DNA from: a virus
IMG/VR virus record: IMGVR_UViG_3300044648_000427
Reading direction: 5' to 3' (one strand)
DNA: 64,000 nucleotides
This document shows, piece by piece, positions 54,046 through 63,269 of this stretch. Position 1 is the first letter of the stretch. Each line of letters opens with the position of its first letter. The notes below the pieces were generated by a model. The model ran no database searches. It was not told the DNA's origin and worked only from the letters and a program-made list of their open reading frames with translations. Both the position numbers and the translations under genes were made by a program.

Positions 54046-55179
54046 ATGATACCAAACTTTGTATTTGAAAATATTATTAAAAATGAACCTGCAAAAAAAT
54101 CACTTTACGTAAAAAATATACTTGAAGCTGAAACTCATAGAACTGATAGGAAAGTTTTTTATACTTTAAGAAAAAAAGGAATTCTTCCAGTTTCTCCTCC
54201 AACTCATATTGAACATATTATACATTATGATAATCAACAATCTTGGGATTACAGAACAGATAAGATTATTGAGGAATTTAAAGAAAACCATCAAACTGAT
54301 CAAAAGAAATATCCTACTTCAACTCTAGCAAAATTTCTTGATGGAATTTATGATGTACTTCATGATTATTATGATAGGGAGAGTTATGATAATAGTAATA
54401 GATCAGTTTTAACACATTCTAATTTTGGTAAATCATACTCGAATGCATTTTGGGATGGTTCACAACTTTGTTTTGGAAATGGAGATGGAGTTTACTTTAA
54501 TACATTTGTTATAGCAGATGTAGTTGGTCACGAGCTAGGTCATGCTGTCCAAGACCACGAAGCAGCATTCATATACCAAGGACAAAGTGGTGCATTAAAT
54601 GAACATATTTCTGACGTATTTGGTATAACTTTTGACCAGATTCTTAAAGATCAAGATGTAAACTCTTCAAAATGGCTTATAGGTGAAGGACTTTGGACAT
54701 CAAAAGTTAATGGTATTGCTTTAAGATCTATGAAAGAACCCGGAACAGCGTATGATGATCCAGTAGTAGGTAAAGATCCCCAAATTAAACATTACAGTGA
54801 ATATTATGAAACTGATGAAGATGAAGGTGGTGTACATATTTTTTCATCTTTAGGAAATCTTGCTTTCTATTTAGCTAATATTAAAAAAGGAGGTAAAATT
54901 CATGAAAATGGAATTGGACATATTTGGTACAATACAATGTTAAAGAAAAGTGGATTATCCCCTTATACTAATTATCATCAATTTGCACAAGCAACAGTTA
55001 ATAATGCTCAAGAGTTTTCTGATAAAGAAATAATCCATGAAGCATGGGATAAAGTCGGAATAATTACCAATATTCCATCTAACCCTAATCCACCTAATCC
55101 CCCAACTGAACCTGATGATAATATTGAGTGTCCTGTATTAAACTTAATATATAAGTTCAACTCATTCCTAACTAGATAA
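54046..55179 (+). CDS. M4 (thermolysin-family, protealysin-like) zinc metalloprotease
   Basis: NAFWDG, HELGH (HExxH), GALNEHISD, ALRSMKEPGTAYDDPVVGKDPQ, GGVH; short propeptide. Confidence 0.9.
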   Translation: MIPNFVFENIIKNEPAKKSLYVKNILEAETHRTDRKVFYTLRKKGILPVSPPTHIEHIIHYDNQQSWDYRTDKIIEEFKENHQTDQKKYPTSTLAKFLDGIYDVLHDYYDRESYDNSNRSVLTHSNFGKSYSNAFWDGSQLCFGNGDGVYFNTFVIADVVGHELGHAVQDHEAAFIYQGQSGALNEHISDVFGITFDQILKDQDVNSSKWLIGEGLWTSKVNGIALRSMKEPGTAYDDPVVGKDPQIKHYSEYYETDEDEGGVHIFSSLGNLAFYLANIKKGGKIHENGIGHIWYNTMLKKSGLSPYTNYHQFAQATVNNAQEFSDKEIIHEAWDKVGIITNIPSNPNPPNPPTEPDDNIECPVLNLIYKFNSFLTR

Positions 55180-55728
55180 GTGAAAACCAAATTATCAGTA
55201 GAATTCGTTTATTGTAAATGTGAATGTGGTTTAACTAGACCTAAATATGATAAATGGTATATAGAAAGAAAATTCATTAAAGGACATGAATGTATAGGGA
55301 GGAAAGCTTCGAATGAAACTAAGAATAAAATGAGAATCTCTCAAACTGGTAAAAAAATGTCACCTGAATCCATAGAAAAAACGAGAAGAGCGAATATTGG
55401 TAGAAAAGTAACTGAGGAAACTAAACAAAATATTAGTAAAGCTCGTAAAGGTAAAATGACTGGTGAAAACCACTTTGCGTGGAAAGGTGGAAAAATAATT
55501 CGTCGTGGTTATATTTATTTACTAAAACCGGGATATCCTAATGCAGAAATGGGGAGATATATAAGAGAACATAGATATGTAATGGAACAATACTTAGGAA
55601 GATTATTAAAATCATATGAAGATGTTCATCATATAAATGGAAATAAATTAGATAACAGATTAGAAAATCTAGAAGTTTTAACTAAATCTGAGCATACAAA
55701 AAAACATTTTGAAATACTGAAACTTTAA
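55180..55728 (+). CDS. NUMOD3-HNH homing endonuclease
   Basis: NUMOD3 repeats; EHRYVME...DVHHINGNKLDNRLENL. Confidence 0.85.
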   Translation: MKTKLSVEFVYCKCECGLTRPKYDKWYIERKFIKGHECIGRKASNETKNKMRISQTGKKMSPESIEKTRRANIGRKVTEETKQNISKARKGKMTGENHFAWKGGKIIRRGYIYLLKPGYPNAEMGRYIREHRYVMEQYLGRLLKSYEDVHHINGNKLDNRLENLEVLTKSEHTKKHFEILKL

Positions 55729-56057
55729 TCTTCTAATCTTTTTCCTTCAACATCAATAAATTTTTTGCAATTACAATTTTTTCCATCAATAAGTCCGAAA
55801 CATTTATCATCCGCAATAGCATTTATTGATTGTTTCTCATGTGCAAGTTTAACATGATCACAATTAATACAATAAACAAAATTCTTTGAATCAATTTTTG
55901 CTACATAATCTTTCCTTATTGCCGAATGTGGCATAGCTCTAATGGTTAAATCTGTTCTTTTTATTCCAATTTTTCCTAATTTATATAAGGTTACTTCTTC
56001 ATCTGTAACAGTAGTAAAAAATGTGAATTCTCTTAGCATATCATCTTGAAAAGCCAT
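55725..56057 (-). CDS. Zn-binding protein
   Basis: CINCDH...H...C...CNC. Confidence 0.55.
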   Translation of the reverse strand: MAFQDDMLREFTFFTTVTDEEVTLYKLGKIGIKRTDLTIRAMPHSAIRKDYVAKIDSKNFVYCINCDHVKLAHEKQSINAIADDKCFGLIDGKNCNCKKFIDVEGKRLED

Positions 56058-56286
56058 AAGAAAGATTAATTATCGAAACTTATAAATATTGCTATTGACA
56101 AAATAAATTATGTCTTTACCATGCGTTAAACGATGTATAGAATGTGATAAATTATTCGATGTTTATGAAGATGCATTTAAAGATTATAATAATTCACAGT
56201 TAAGAACACATTGTAGGAAGTGTAGAAATTGAATTTCTTTATTAACACTAAAAAAGTTTAAATATTTATAAATATATTCATTTTTC

Positions 56287-56685
56287 ATGTCTGAACATAA
56301 ATTTAAATATTTTTGTCAGTGTGGATGTAAAGCCTATGCCATACCAAAAACTATACCTCAAGAATATATCTATAACGAAATTAGAAAAGATGCAAGAGAT
56401 GATAAAGATTCAAAACAAATTGAATCTTATAATCCTAACGATGAATTTTATCATCATAAAGAACCTTGGGAATTAAGAGTCTGTTCTGGAACACAACCAA
56501 GAGTAAATGATTTAGCCTTTCCAAAGGATCATTATGTATTTGATGTAGATAAACCTTGTGATTTTAATGCAGTAATTATTCGTAATAGATTTGATAGTAC
56601 AATCATTTATGCTTTTATTTTACAAGGAGATTGCGAGTGTACGAACAAGGGATTACCGGTTAAACCAAAAAAGTTAAATACATAA
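56287..56685 (+). CDS. hypothetical protein
   Basis: ORF track; leaderless promoter. Confidence 0.55.
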   Translation: MSEHKFKYFCQCGCKAYAIPKTIPQEYIYNEIRKDARDDKDSKQIESYNPNDEFYHHKEPWELRVCSGTQPRVNDLAFPKDHYVFDVDKPCDFNAVIIRNRFDSTIIYAFILQGDCECTNKGLPVKPKKLNT

Positions 56686-56701
56686 AAAACTATAATAATC
56701 T

Positions 56702-56768
56702 AGTGTAGAGAAAGCTAAATTACGTAATAGGCTTAGGCTTGTATAGGGTTTGAACCCCTACTACACAA
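56702..56768 (+). ncRNA. tRNA-like element 1 (acceptor + T arm, non-canonical lower half)
   Basis: GTGTAG/CTACAC stem; TAGGG-TTTGAAC-CCCTA arm. Confidence 0.4.
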
Positions 56769-56771
56769 GTT

Positions 56772-56837
56772 GGATACCGCCACTTAGCAAAGCTCTATGT
56801 AAGGCTATTGGGATGCGAATTCCCTAGGTGTCCACCA
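56772..56837 (+). ncRNA. tRNA-like element 2 (66 nt, encoded CCA)
   Basis: GGATACC/GGTGTCC 7-bp stem + A-CCA; GGGA-TGCGAAT-TCCC arm; too short for a full cloverleaf. Confidence 0.5.
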
Positions 56838-56871
56838 AAAACTTTAAATATTATTGTTTAGTACGTTATTT
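56837..56871 (+). promoter_or_regulatory. archaeal BRE/TATA leaderless promoter (representative of many)
   Basis: AAAAACTTTAAATA about 22 nt before ATG 56872; similar elements at 46102, 53502, 56250, 58723, 62169. Confidence 0.6.
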
Positions 56872-57189
56872 ATGAGTCAACAAGCTCTTACCACAGAAAA
56901 ATACTTAAAAATTTATAATATTGAAATAGATTCTGATAAATTCAAAGATTATAATCTTAAAATGAGTGAAGGAGAAATAATTGATATTGATTATAGAAGT
57001 ATATCTGGTGTTCTAGAAATAGCCGTTTTAACATCTAACAAATTCGATTTAGTTAACTATGATATAAAATTGGTTCAAGATAAAGATTATGTAAATATGG
57101 ATGATGATTATAAATACTATGGAAAATTTAAACCATTTTTACAAGGTTTTAACGTGTTTATATTTATAAAAAGGGGGAATTTACAATGA
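56872..57189 (+). CDS. beta-rich hypothetical protein, paralogue of next gene
   Basis: KIYNI...YYGKF...NVFI; start moved to ATG 56872. Confidence 0.55.
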   Translation: MSQQALTTEKYLKIYNIEIDSDKFKDYNLKMSEGEIIDIDYRSISGVLEIAVLTSNKFDLVNYDIKLVQDKDYVNMDDDYKYYGKFKPFLQGFNVFIFIKRGNLQ

Positions 57190-57491
57190 GTCAAGTTAAA
57201 AAACATGTAGTAAAAACTTATCCAATAAAACAAATTGGAACAACAGAATTTGATGCTACTATTGGAAATCCTGTAGGATTACATGTTGATGATAATAACC
57301 AACCCTATGTAATATTAGAACATACGGTAAGATTTACTAATGCATCAACTTATAAAGTTTTATCAATTGAAAATGGAAAAGAAGCGGAACTTAAAGGCTA
57401 TGTATATGTTGGAAGTTTTAAACCAAAAGGTGTGATGCTAAGACATGTATATATAACTTCCAATGAAGGAGTAATAGATGTTCCACGCTAG
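57186..57491 (+). CDS. beta-rich hypothetical protein
   Basis: VKTYPI...YVGSF...RHVY. Confidence 0.55.
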   Translation: MSQVKKHVVKTYPIKQIGTTEFDATIGNPVGLHVDDNNQPYVILEHTVRFTNASTYKVLSIENGKEAELKGYVYVGSFKPKGVMLRHVYITSNEGVIDVPR

Positions 57492-57682
57492 ATATTTGGA
57501 TATTTCTCCTTTATTAATTCTTCTACCGTTTCACTTATAGCCTCAGTAGCGTCATGCCGCAAAACGATTGAGTTAATAGCTCCGAACGAGTTAAGTAATC
57601 TATTTACCCGTTTGTTTAATTCTGTATCTGTTTCTAAGATTTTTTTATATTTATCACCTAAAACTAGGCTTGGTTTACTCAT
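57488..57682 (-). CDS. hypothetical protein
   Basis: ORF track. Confidence 0.5.
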   Translation of the reverse strand: MSKPSLVLGDKYKKILETDTELNKRVNRLLNSFGAINSIVLRHDATEAISETVEELIKEKYPNI

Positions 57683-57757
57683 GATGATCCTGTATATATT
57701 TATTAGGATTTAAACGTATCGTTTAATGATAATCTTTTTATATAGCCAAATCATTAT

Positions 57758-57955
57758 TTGTACATGCTTGGAAAACTCTTTCTAGCTAATAGTATAATGT
57801 ATGCAGAATTAATGGAGTTAGTTGAAGATAATTACAATAGATGGATGGATGATTGCACTCATTCCTCCCGTGATATAGAATCTTGTGGTTGTTGGGATTG
57901 TGAAGATTGTAATACAATGAAAAAATGTGTACCATGTTCAATGCAAGAAAACTAA
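57758..57955 (+). CDS. Cys-rich micro-protein
   Basis: C.H...CGC..CEDC...CVPC. Confidence 0.5.
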   Translation: MYMLGKLFLANSIMYAELMELVEDNYNRWMDDCTHSSRDIESCGCWDCEDCNTMKKCVPCSMQEN

Positions 57956-58227
57956 TTTCCAGTTTTTTTTCTTCACTTATACCAAAATTTTACTTGGTTA
58001 AAATAAGAATACCTGAAAGTTCAAATATTGAATATTATATCCCTGAATTGAAGAAAGTTAAAGGAATTGAAAGATTTTATAAACTTGTAGATGATAATAA
58101 TAAAATTGAAGGAATAGTTGGGTTTGCTTCATGGAATAAAAGAGTAATTAATAAACGAATAAGGAGTATTTATCTTAAACTTCCAGACTTTAGTTTAGTT
58201 GAGGTTACAGAACCAACAAGGGTTTAA
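57925..58227 (+). CDS. hypothetical protein
   Basis: ORF track; start uncertain. Confidence 0.4.
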   Translation: MCTMFNARKLISSFFSSLIPKFYLVKIRIPESSNIEYYIPELKKVKGIERFYKLVDDNNKIEGIVGFASWNKRVINKRIRSIYLKLPDFSLVEVTEPTRV

Positions 58228-58426
58228 TTTAAACCTTTTTAAAAACAATTAAATTTGGCCAAGTATTACAGTACGTGTGCTCCTCCTACTAGTGTTGGTT
58301 GTGGTAATAGTTGTATTACCAGAGCCACACATCAAATTACCTGAAACAAAGATATGTGAAATGGACTTGTATAAATTTATTTACTTGGGTAATTATCGTA
58401 CTGAATATTATTGTTACAGTACATAA

Positions 58427-58678
58427 TTATCCAATATTTTTTCCTGATTTCAAATCTTCAACCAATCTTTTTATATCATAATCTCGTTTATCCTTGTATT
58501 CTATCCATATTTGAGATCCATAAATACCCGCTGAATCAAAATGTAACCAAATTAATGGAAATTCATTTGGATACTCTTTTGCAATCTCCATAAGTACAGT
58601 AGCTGCTCCCGGATTTCCTTCTGATAACGCATAAACCATATCTGGTATTGTCATATCTAGGTTTGTTATTTTAACCAT
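58427..58678 (-). CDS. conserved viral hypothetical protein
   Basis: LSEGNPGA...GIYGSQIW..YKD pattern. Confidence 0.6.
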   Translation of the reverse strand: MVKITNLDMTIPDMVYALSEGNPGAATVLMEIAKEYPNEFPLIWLHFDSAGIYGSQIWIEYKDKRDYDIKRLVEDLKSGKNIG

Positions 58679-58757
58679 AAAAGATTAAATATATTAAAGT
58701 ACTTAAGTTTTTGGGTAGTATCAAAACCTTTATTAGTTTCGAATTCCCCTATTTCTT

Positions 58758-59006
58758 ATGCAAACAATAATAAATATTGCATCAGTTAAAGATGGCCATC
58801 AACAGCTTGTAGTTGAGACAACAAATCCTCAACAAGTTCAAGAAGCTGTAGAAAAGCTAGAGCAAAAAGTAAAAACAGGTTACTTTGTATGCGGAAAAGA
58901 CAAAAATGGAGAGTCAACTTATATTCAAAAAGCGAAATTCAAAGAATTCGTTGAAAGTGATCAATACAAAGAAAAAGCCGTACTAAACGCATTAGGTGGA
59001 GGTTAA
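58758..59006 (+). CDS. 82-aa protein ending in GGG
   Basis: ...KTGYFV...GES...AVLNALGGG-stop. Confidence 0.65.
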   Translation: MQTIINIASVKDGHQQLVVETTNPQQVQEAVEKLEQKVKTGYFVCGKDKNGESTYIQKAKFKEFVESDQYKEKAVLNALGGG

Positions 59007-59010
59007 CTAA

Positions 59011-59718
59011 TTGACCGATGAAATCATCGGAACATATATTGGTACTACACTTGATGGACATGATGCAATAAGATTAACATCTTTTCCTCCTGCTGATTGG
59101 GTAGATGATTCTGAAGTTGCAGATCTTTGGGATGATTCTGAAGATGGATATCTTTGGGGTGGAGGTTGGACTAAAACCTATCCAGTTAAAAGGCAACAAA
59201 AAGCTAAAAAATTCTTAAAAAGTTGGTTAACTGATCAAGAATATGAAGATTTACAAGATAATAATTTAATTATTCCTTCAAAAATATTTCCAGATAGAAC
59301 CTATAAAATTGGAGCTTCAGCTATTAAATTGATTGAAGTTTATACATCAGGAATATTAGATCATAGACTTTGTGCCGTTGCAAAAGATCCACGATTTGAA
59401 AATGATGATACGGTATTAGCAAAAATTCTTATGCTTAAAACTAATGAAAAGCAATTTCTAAAGATTGCTGAAAAACATGGAATACATCTTGATAATGGGT
59501 TTGGAGCCTATTTGACAGGGGAAGATATGAATTTTATATCAAGTGCTTTAAATACATCTGATTTAACTATTGCATGGAATTTAGTAGGAGAAGTTTCATT
59601 AAGAGTAGGAGTAGGAACGACTTCAAGTCCAATTCAACCCGGTCAGTTACTTACAACCAATGAAAGGGGTGAAATAACTCCATTTAGATTACGTCCACGT
59701 CACCACGATAACAATTAA
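59011..59718 (+). CDS. conserved hypothetical protein, partner of the GG-ending protein
   Basis: FLKSWLTDQE...TYKI...LC...DD.VLAKILMLKTNEKQFL core. Confidence 0.65.
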   Translation: MTDEIIGTYIGTTLDGHDAIRLTSFPPADWVDDSEVADLWDDSEDGYLWGGGWTKTYPVKRQQKAKKFLKSWLTDQEYEDLQDNNLIIPSKIFPDRTYKIGASAIKLIEVYTSGILDHRLCAVAKDPRFENDDTVLAKILMLKTNEKQFLKIAEKHGIHLDNGFGAYLTGEDMNFISSALNTSDLTIAWNLVGEVSLRVGVGTTSSPIQPGQLLTTNERGEITPFRLRPRHHDNN

Positions 59719-59772
59719 TTTCCCTACTCTTTTTCATTATACTTATATAGAAGATTATACTATAAATATCAA

Positions 59773-59916
59773 ATGGAACATCCATGTAAATTGTGTGATG
59801 GGGTAAGTTGCTGCCACGGGAAAGATAATTATTGTATGATTGCAGAATGTTGTGATCCTTTCTTATGTTTATGTTATGGAATGCTTATAGAGGAAAAAGA
59901 AATAATAATTGAATAA
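59773..59916 (+). CDS. 47-aa metallothionein-like Cys-rich peptide
   Basis: Hand translation; 9 Cys (CKLC...CCH...C...CC...CLC). Confidence 0.5.
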   Translation: MEHPCKLCDGVSCCHGKDNYCMIAECCDPFLCLCYGMLIEEKEIIIE

Positions 59917-60162
59917 GGTTTATTCTTTATTCATTTTTTTATATAACTCATCAATATGATCTAAACATGACCATCTAAGATTAGTTTGTTTATCTAACAT
60001 ACCAGTTAGGGCTTCTGAATCACAAATTTCGCATTTATTCTTTTTCATTTCTTCAGCATTTTTTATAGTGAATTTTTTCACTTTATCCATAAATGCAAAA
60101 GCTTTTATACAAAATAAGATAACTATTAAAACATTAAATATAACTTAATCCTTTAATTTATT

Positions 60163-60345
60163 ATGGTAGAAAAAGTATTCAAATGTATAATTTGCGACAA
60201 AGATGTAATATCTCCAAGAGCACATATTCCTTCTCATACATTAGACGATATCATAGAAACATTCATCAAACTTACAATGAAAAATGAAGTAAAAAAGCCT
60301 TTAAAAAATGAAAAAAAATTGGTTGAATGGGATTTACATCCTTAA
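60163..60345 (+). CDS. C2H2-like micro-protein
   Basis: FKCIIC...H...H. Confidence 0.55.
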   Translation: MVEKVFKCIICDKDVISPRAHIPSHTLDDIIETFIKLTMKNEVKKPLKNEKKLVEWDLHP

Positions 60346-60560
60346 ATCTTTTTAAAGAATTTAATATAATTATAATTATTAAACTCCTTTTTTTGGTTAA
60401 GTAATTCAGAAAGATTTACTACTTTACCCCATTTACAACAGTTTCCATATTTCTTCCTATGAATATAACATAGGATTCCTTCGATTATCTTTTGTCTACC
60501 TTTTCTCTTACAAATTGGGCAAATTGATAACCGATGATTATTATATTCATACCCCTCCAT
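60342..60560 (-). CDS. Zn-binding micro-protein
   Basis: CPIC...H...C. Confidence 0.5.
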   Translation of the reverse strand: MEGYEYNNHRLSICPICKRKGRQKIIEGILCYIHRKKYGNCCKWGKVVNLSELLNQKKEFNNYNYIKFFKKI

Positions 60561-60725
60561 TATTGATAAGTCTATTACAATGACAAAATACTATATAAAT
60601 GTTAGGTGATTTATCCATTGGGAATTATTATATATCCCTCTTCCTAGTGCTAACCCGCCTTGTATTTTGCGTTATATAAAGATATTGATTTATATAGGGG
60701 GCGACTCCTAGTATATACTAATAGC

Positions 60726-62147
60726 ATGCAAAAGTTGCAATACGAACACCAAGCAGGGGCAGGATTGATCAGCGAACTTTCAAAGCGGGTCTATCATTCA
60801 CCCATGGAAGCATTTAGAGAGGTAATCTCAAATTCCATAGATGAAGGTAGTAAAAAAATTCACGTGAGACTGTCTGCCGATAGAATAATCTTCACAGATT
60901 ATGGCAGCGGAATCAAAGACATCAAAAAGTTCGTAATTTATGGAGAATCAGTAAAAATAGCAGACGGAAAGAAAGACGAAATAATCGGAGAAAAAGGACT
61001 AGGTAAGCTTTCATTGCTTATGTTGAATGAAGACAGAGTAGTATTTGATACAAACAACGGAGAATTAGGAATGCATATAGTCATGGATGAAAAGCAGTTT
61101 CATGTCAATATAAGTGACGTAGATCATTACCTCAAACACCGTGGAACAAGAATTACGGTAGATAACCCGTTATTTGTTCCAACACAACTAGAATTAGTAA
61201 AATATCTAAGCAAGATATTTGGACTATGGATAAAGAAAGGAACTGAAATATATGTCAACGATGAAAAAGTCGAACCATTCAAACATATTGACGTTGAAGA
61301 ACGAAAATTGTTTAGAAATATAACGGGTAACATCAAAGAAGACCTTAAGGGGAATGGCCTTATTGACCTGTACATAAAGCATGTTTATGTAACAACCATA
61401 ATGGTTGATCCAAACTACCTTTATAGCGGATGGATAAATTCCATAAAATTAACACCTACAACATCAAGAGACGACGTAGTAAAAGATGAAGAATATCGTA
61501 AAGTAATGGGAAACCTTAAAGATTACGTAAAACGCTTTTCAGAGAAACAACCAAAAGATTTCACCAATGAAGAAAAAATGTTGGCAATGCAAATAAGTAA
61601 AATGGCAGAACTGTTTATGGAAGAAAATAAGCTTAAAGCGGCAGGAAATAGTGGTGGAAGGAAATCAAAGAAAGCCGAAATGATTGAAGTTTCTGTTGGA
61701 AAAGACAAAATACTGGTTAAAAAACCAGATGATGACGAAGAGAGTGAAAGTGAAGAGAAATCAGATAGGAAAAGAGATGATGAACCAGAAGAAGCTCCAC
61801 AAAAACTGAGAGATAAACCAATACAACATCTTAGCAAGAACAAATACGGGGTAATAACAATCATACAAGAATATGGTGATGAGAAACCCCCCATATTCTT
61901 CTATCACCCCAACGTAATCGTGATAAATAAGACCAACAGACTATATAAATTCATGACAAAAGCCAAATCAAATTACGGGCCGCAATACTTTAGAATTCTT
62001 CCGTGGCTTTCCAGAGCATTCGCAGATTTAGAAGGATATATCAAGGGTTCATACAAAAACCTTTCCAGTGAAGAAATGATTCAGAAAAGAGATGACGAAA
62101 TAGACAAATACATAAAGTGGCACTTATCCGAATACAAGGTTATTTAA
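60726..62147 (+). CDS. GHKL (Hsp90/MutL/MORC-like) ATPase
   Basis: REVISNSID, DYGSGI, IGEKGLGKLS, GTRI; likely start ATG 60726. Confidence 0.8.
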   Translation: MQKLQYEHQAGAGLISELSKRVYHSPMEAFREVISNSIDEGSKKIHVRLSADRIIFTDYGSGIKDIKKFVIYGESVKIADGKKDEIIGEKGLGKLSLLMLNEDRVVFDTNNGELGMHIVMDEKQFHVNISDVDHYLKHRGTRITVDNPLFVPTQLELVKYLSKIFGLWIKKGTEIYVNDEKVEPFKHIDVEERKLFRNITGNIKEDLKGNGLIDLYIKHVYVTTIMVDPNYLYSGWINSIKLTPTTSRDDVVKDEEYRKVMGNLKDYVKRFSEKQPKDFTNEEKMLAMQISKMAELFMEENKLKAAGNSGGRKSKKAEMIEVSVGKDKILVKKPDDDEESESEEKSDRKRDDEPEEAPQKLRDKPIQHLSKNKYGVITIIQEYGDEKPPIFFYHPNVIVINKTNRLYKFMTKAKSNYGPQYFRILPWLSRAFADLEGYIKGSYKNLSSEEMIQKRDDEIDKYIKWHLSEYKVI

Positions 62148-62203
62148 GTGGCACAAAAAATATTTTTTAAAACTTTATAAATAAGCAAATTACATATTTT
62201 TTT

Positions 62204-62746
62204 ATGGAAATTGAACGCAAATTCATAATAGATTTAGACGTTTTTGATTTTGATAAATACAAACGAGACAATCCAGATGCAGTTAAATCTAAATTATATA
62301 TAAGTCAATATTATATTCCCGCATTAGATGGAACATTTAGATTAAGAAGGACATGTAAAGATGATCACAGTTTTTCATTCGTAATTGCCCTTAAAAAATT
62401 TGTGGAAGAAGGTAAAAATGAAGAAATTGAAGTTCATATTGATTCAAATACTGCATATGAAATGATTAATGGGATAAAGGATCTTACATCTTTACGTAAA
62501 ATTCGTTATAAAGTTGAAATAAATTCTAAATTATGGGATATTGATTTCTTTGAAAATGGAATGTGTTTAGGGGAAGTAGAATTAAATGATATAAATGAAG
62601 AATTTGAAAAACCAAGATTTGTCAAAGAAGAGGTTACTGGAGATTATAGATTTAGCAATGAAGCAATTGCAACAGATTTAGCTCCAAAAGTTGCTGAGAT
62701 AAATAAATCAATTTGGACTGAATACGGAAAAATATCTAAAGTTTAA
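62204..62746 (+). CDS. CYTH-domain triphosphatase/cyclase
   Basis: EIERKF, ISQYY, FRLR, KIRY, WDIDFF, GEVEL. Confidence 0.85.
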   Translation: MEIERKFIIDLDVFDFDKYKRDNPDAVKSKLYISQYYIPALDGTFRLRRTCKDDHSFSFVIALKKFVEEGKNEEIEVHIDSNTAYEMINGIKDLTSLRKIRYKVEINSKLWDIDFFENGMCLGEVELNDINEEFEKPRFVKEEVTGDYRFSNEAIATDLAPKVAEINKSIWTEYGKISKV

Positions 62747-62954
62747 TACTATTATTTTTTAATTTTCTTGGGGCTACTGATATTTCAAGTTCTTTATCAT
62801 ATTTAATTTGATAACCATTTTCATTGGGTTCGAGAATATCCATTAATTCTATACAAGCGGAAATTCTTATACAAACATCTGCATCCTTTTGCTTTAAAAA
62901 CTCTTCATGCAGAAAAGATTTTATGGTTTTGAGGTTGGCTATATTAATTATCAA
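62736..62954 (-). CDS. hypothetical protein
   Basis: ORF track. Confidence 0.5.
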   Translation of the reverse strand: MIINIANLKTIKSFLHEEFLKQKDADVCIRISACIELMDILEPNENGYQIKYDKELEISVAPRKLKNNSIKL

Positions 62955-63264
62955 CTATAAGTTCTACATCCTTTTCATTACTTATAAGCTTTTCTAACCG
63001 TTCTTCGTTAAATCTCCCTTTTGGAATTCTAATTATTGTTTTTGCATTTGGTAAAGATATATCTTCTTTTATTATATTATCTTCTTCATCCAATTTCTCA
63101 GGTTGATTTTCATTATTAGTCTTAAAAGCTTTTCCTGTCTTTGTTTTACTATCCCATTCAGTAAGATAAATCTTCATATCTGAGTAACTTTTACCTGAAT
63201 TTTTATCTATTACATTAATAAATAGACTCAAAGGATCTTCCATATCAAAGAACATAAAAATCAT
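62944..63264 (-). CDS. hypothetical protein
   Basis: ORF track. Confidence 0.55.
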   Translation of the reverse strand: MIFMFFDMEDPLSLFINVIDKNSGKSYSDMKIYLTEWDSKTKTGKAFKTNNENQPEKLDEEDNIIKEDISLPNAKTIIRIPKGRFNEERLEKLISNEKDVELIVDN

Positions 63265-63269
63265 CTAAT

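Noticed and set aside
56772-56837. Functional canonical tRNA with an assignable anticodon
   Set aside because: Only 66 nt including CCA, no D arm, and no loop fitting the U33/purine-37 rule.
262-61894. Antisense or shadow ORFs (e.g. 262, 5596, 11458, 11709, 12537, 13635, 14111, 17590, 18345, 27752, 32995, 39393, 40516, 41043, 41476, 42903, 43988, 44106, 45034, 46376, 46549, 48439, 50906, 52687, 53649, 55008, 58411, 61127, 61523)
   Set aside because: They lie opposite or inside better-supported genes or repeats and have no recognisable motifs.
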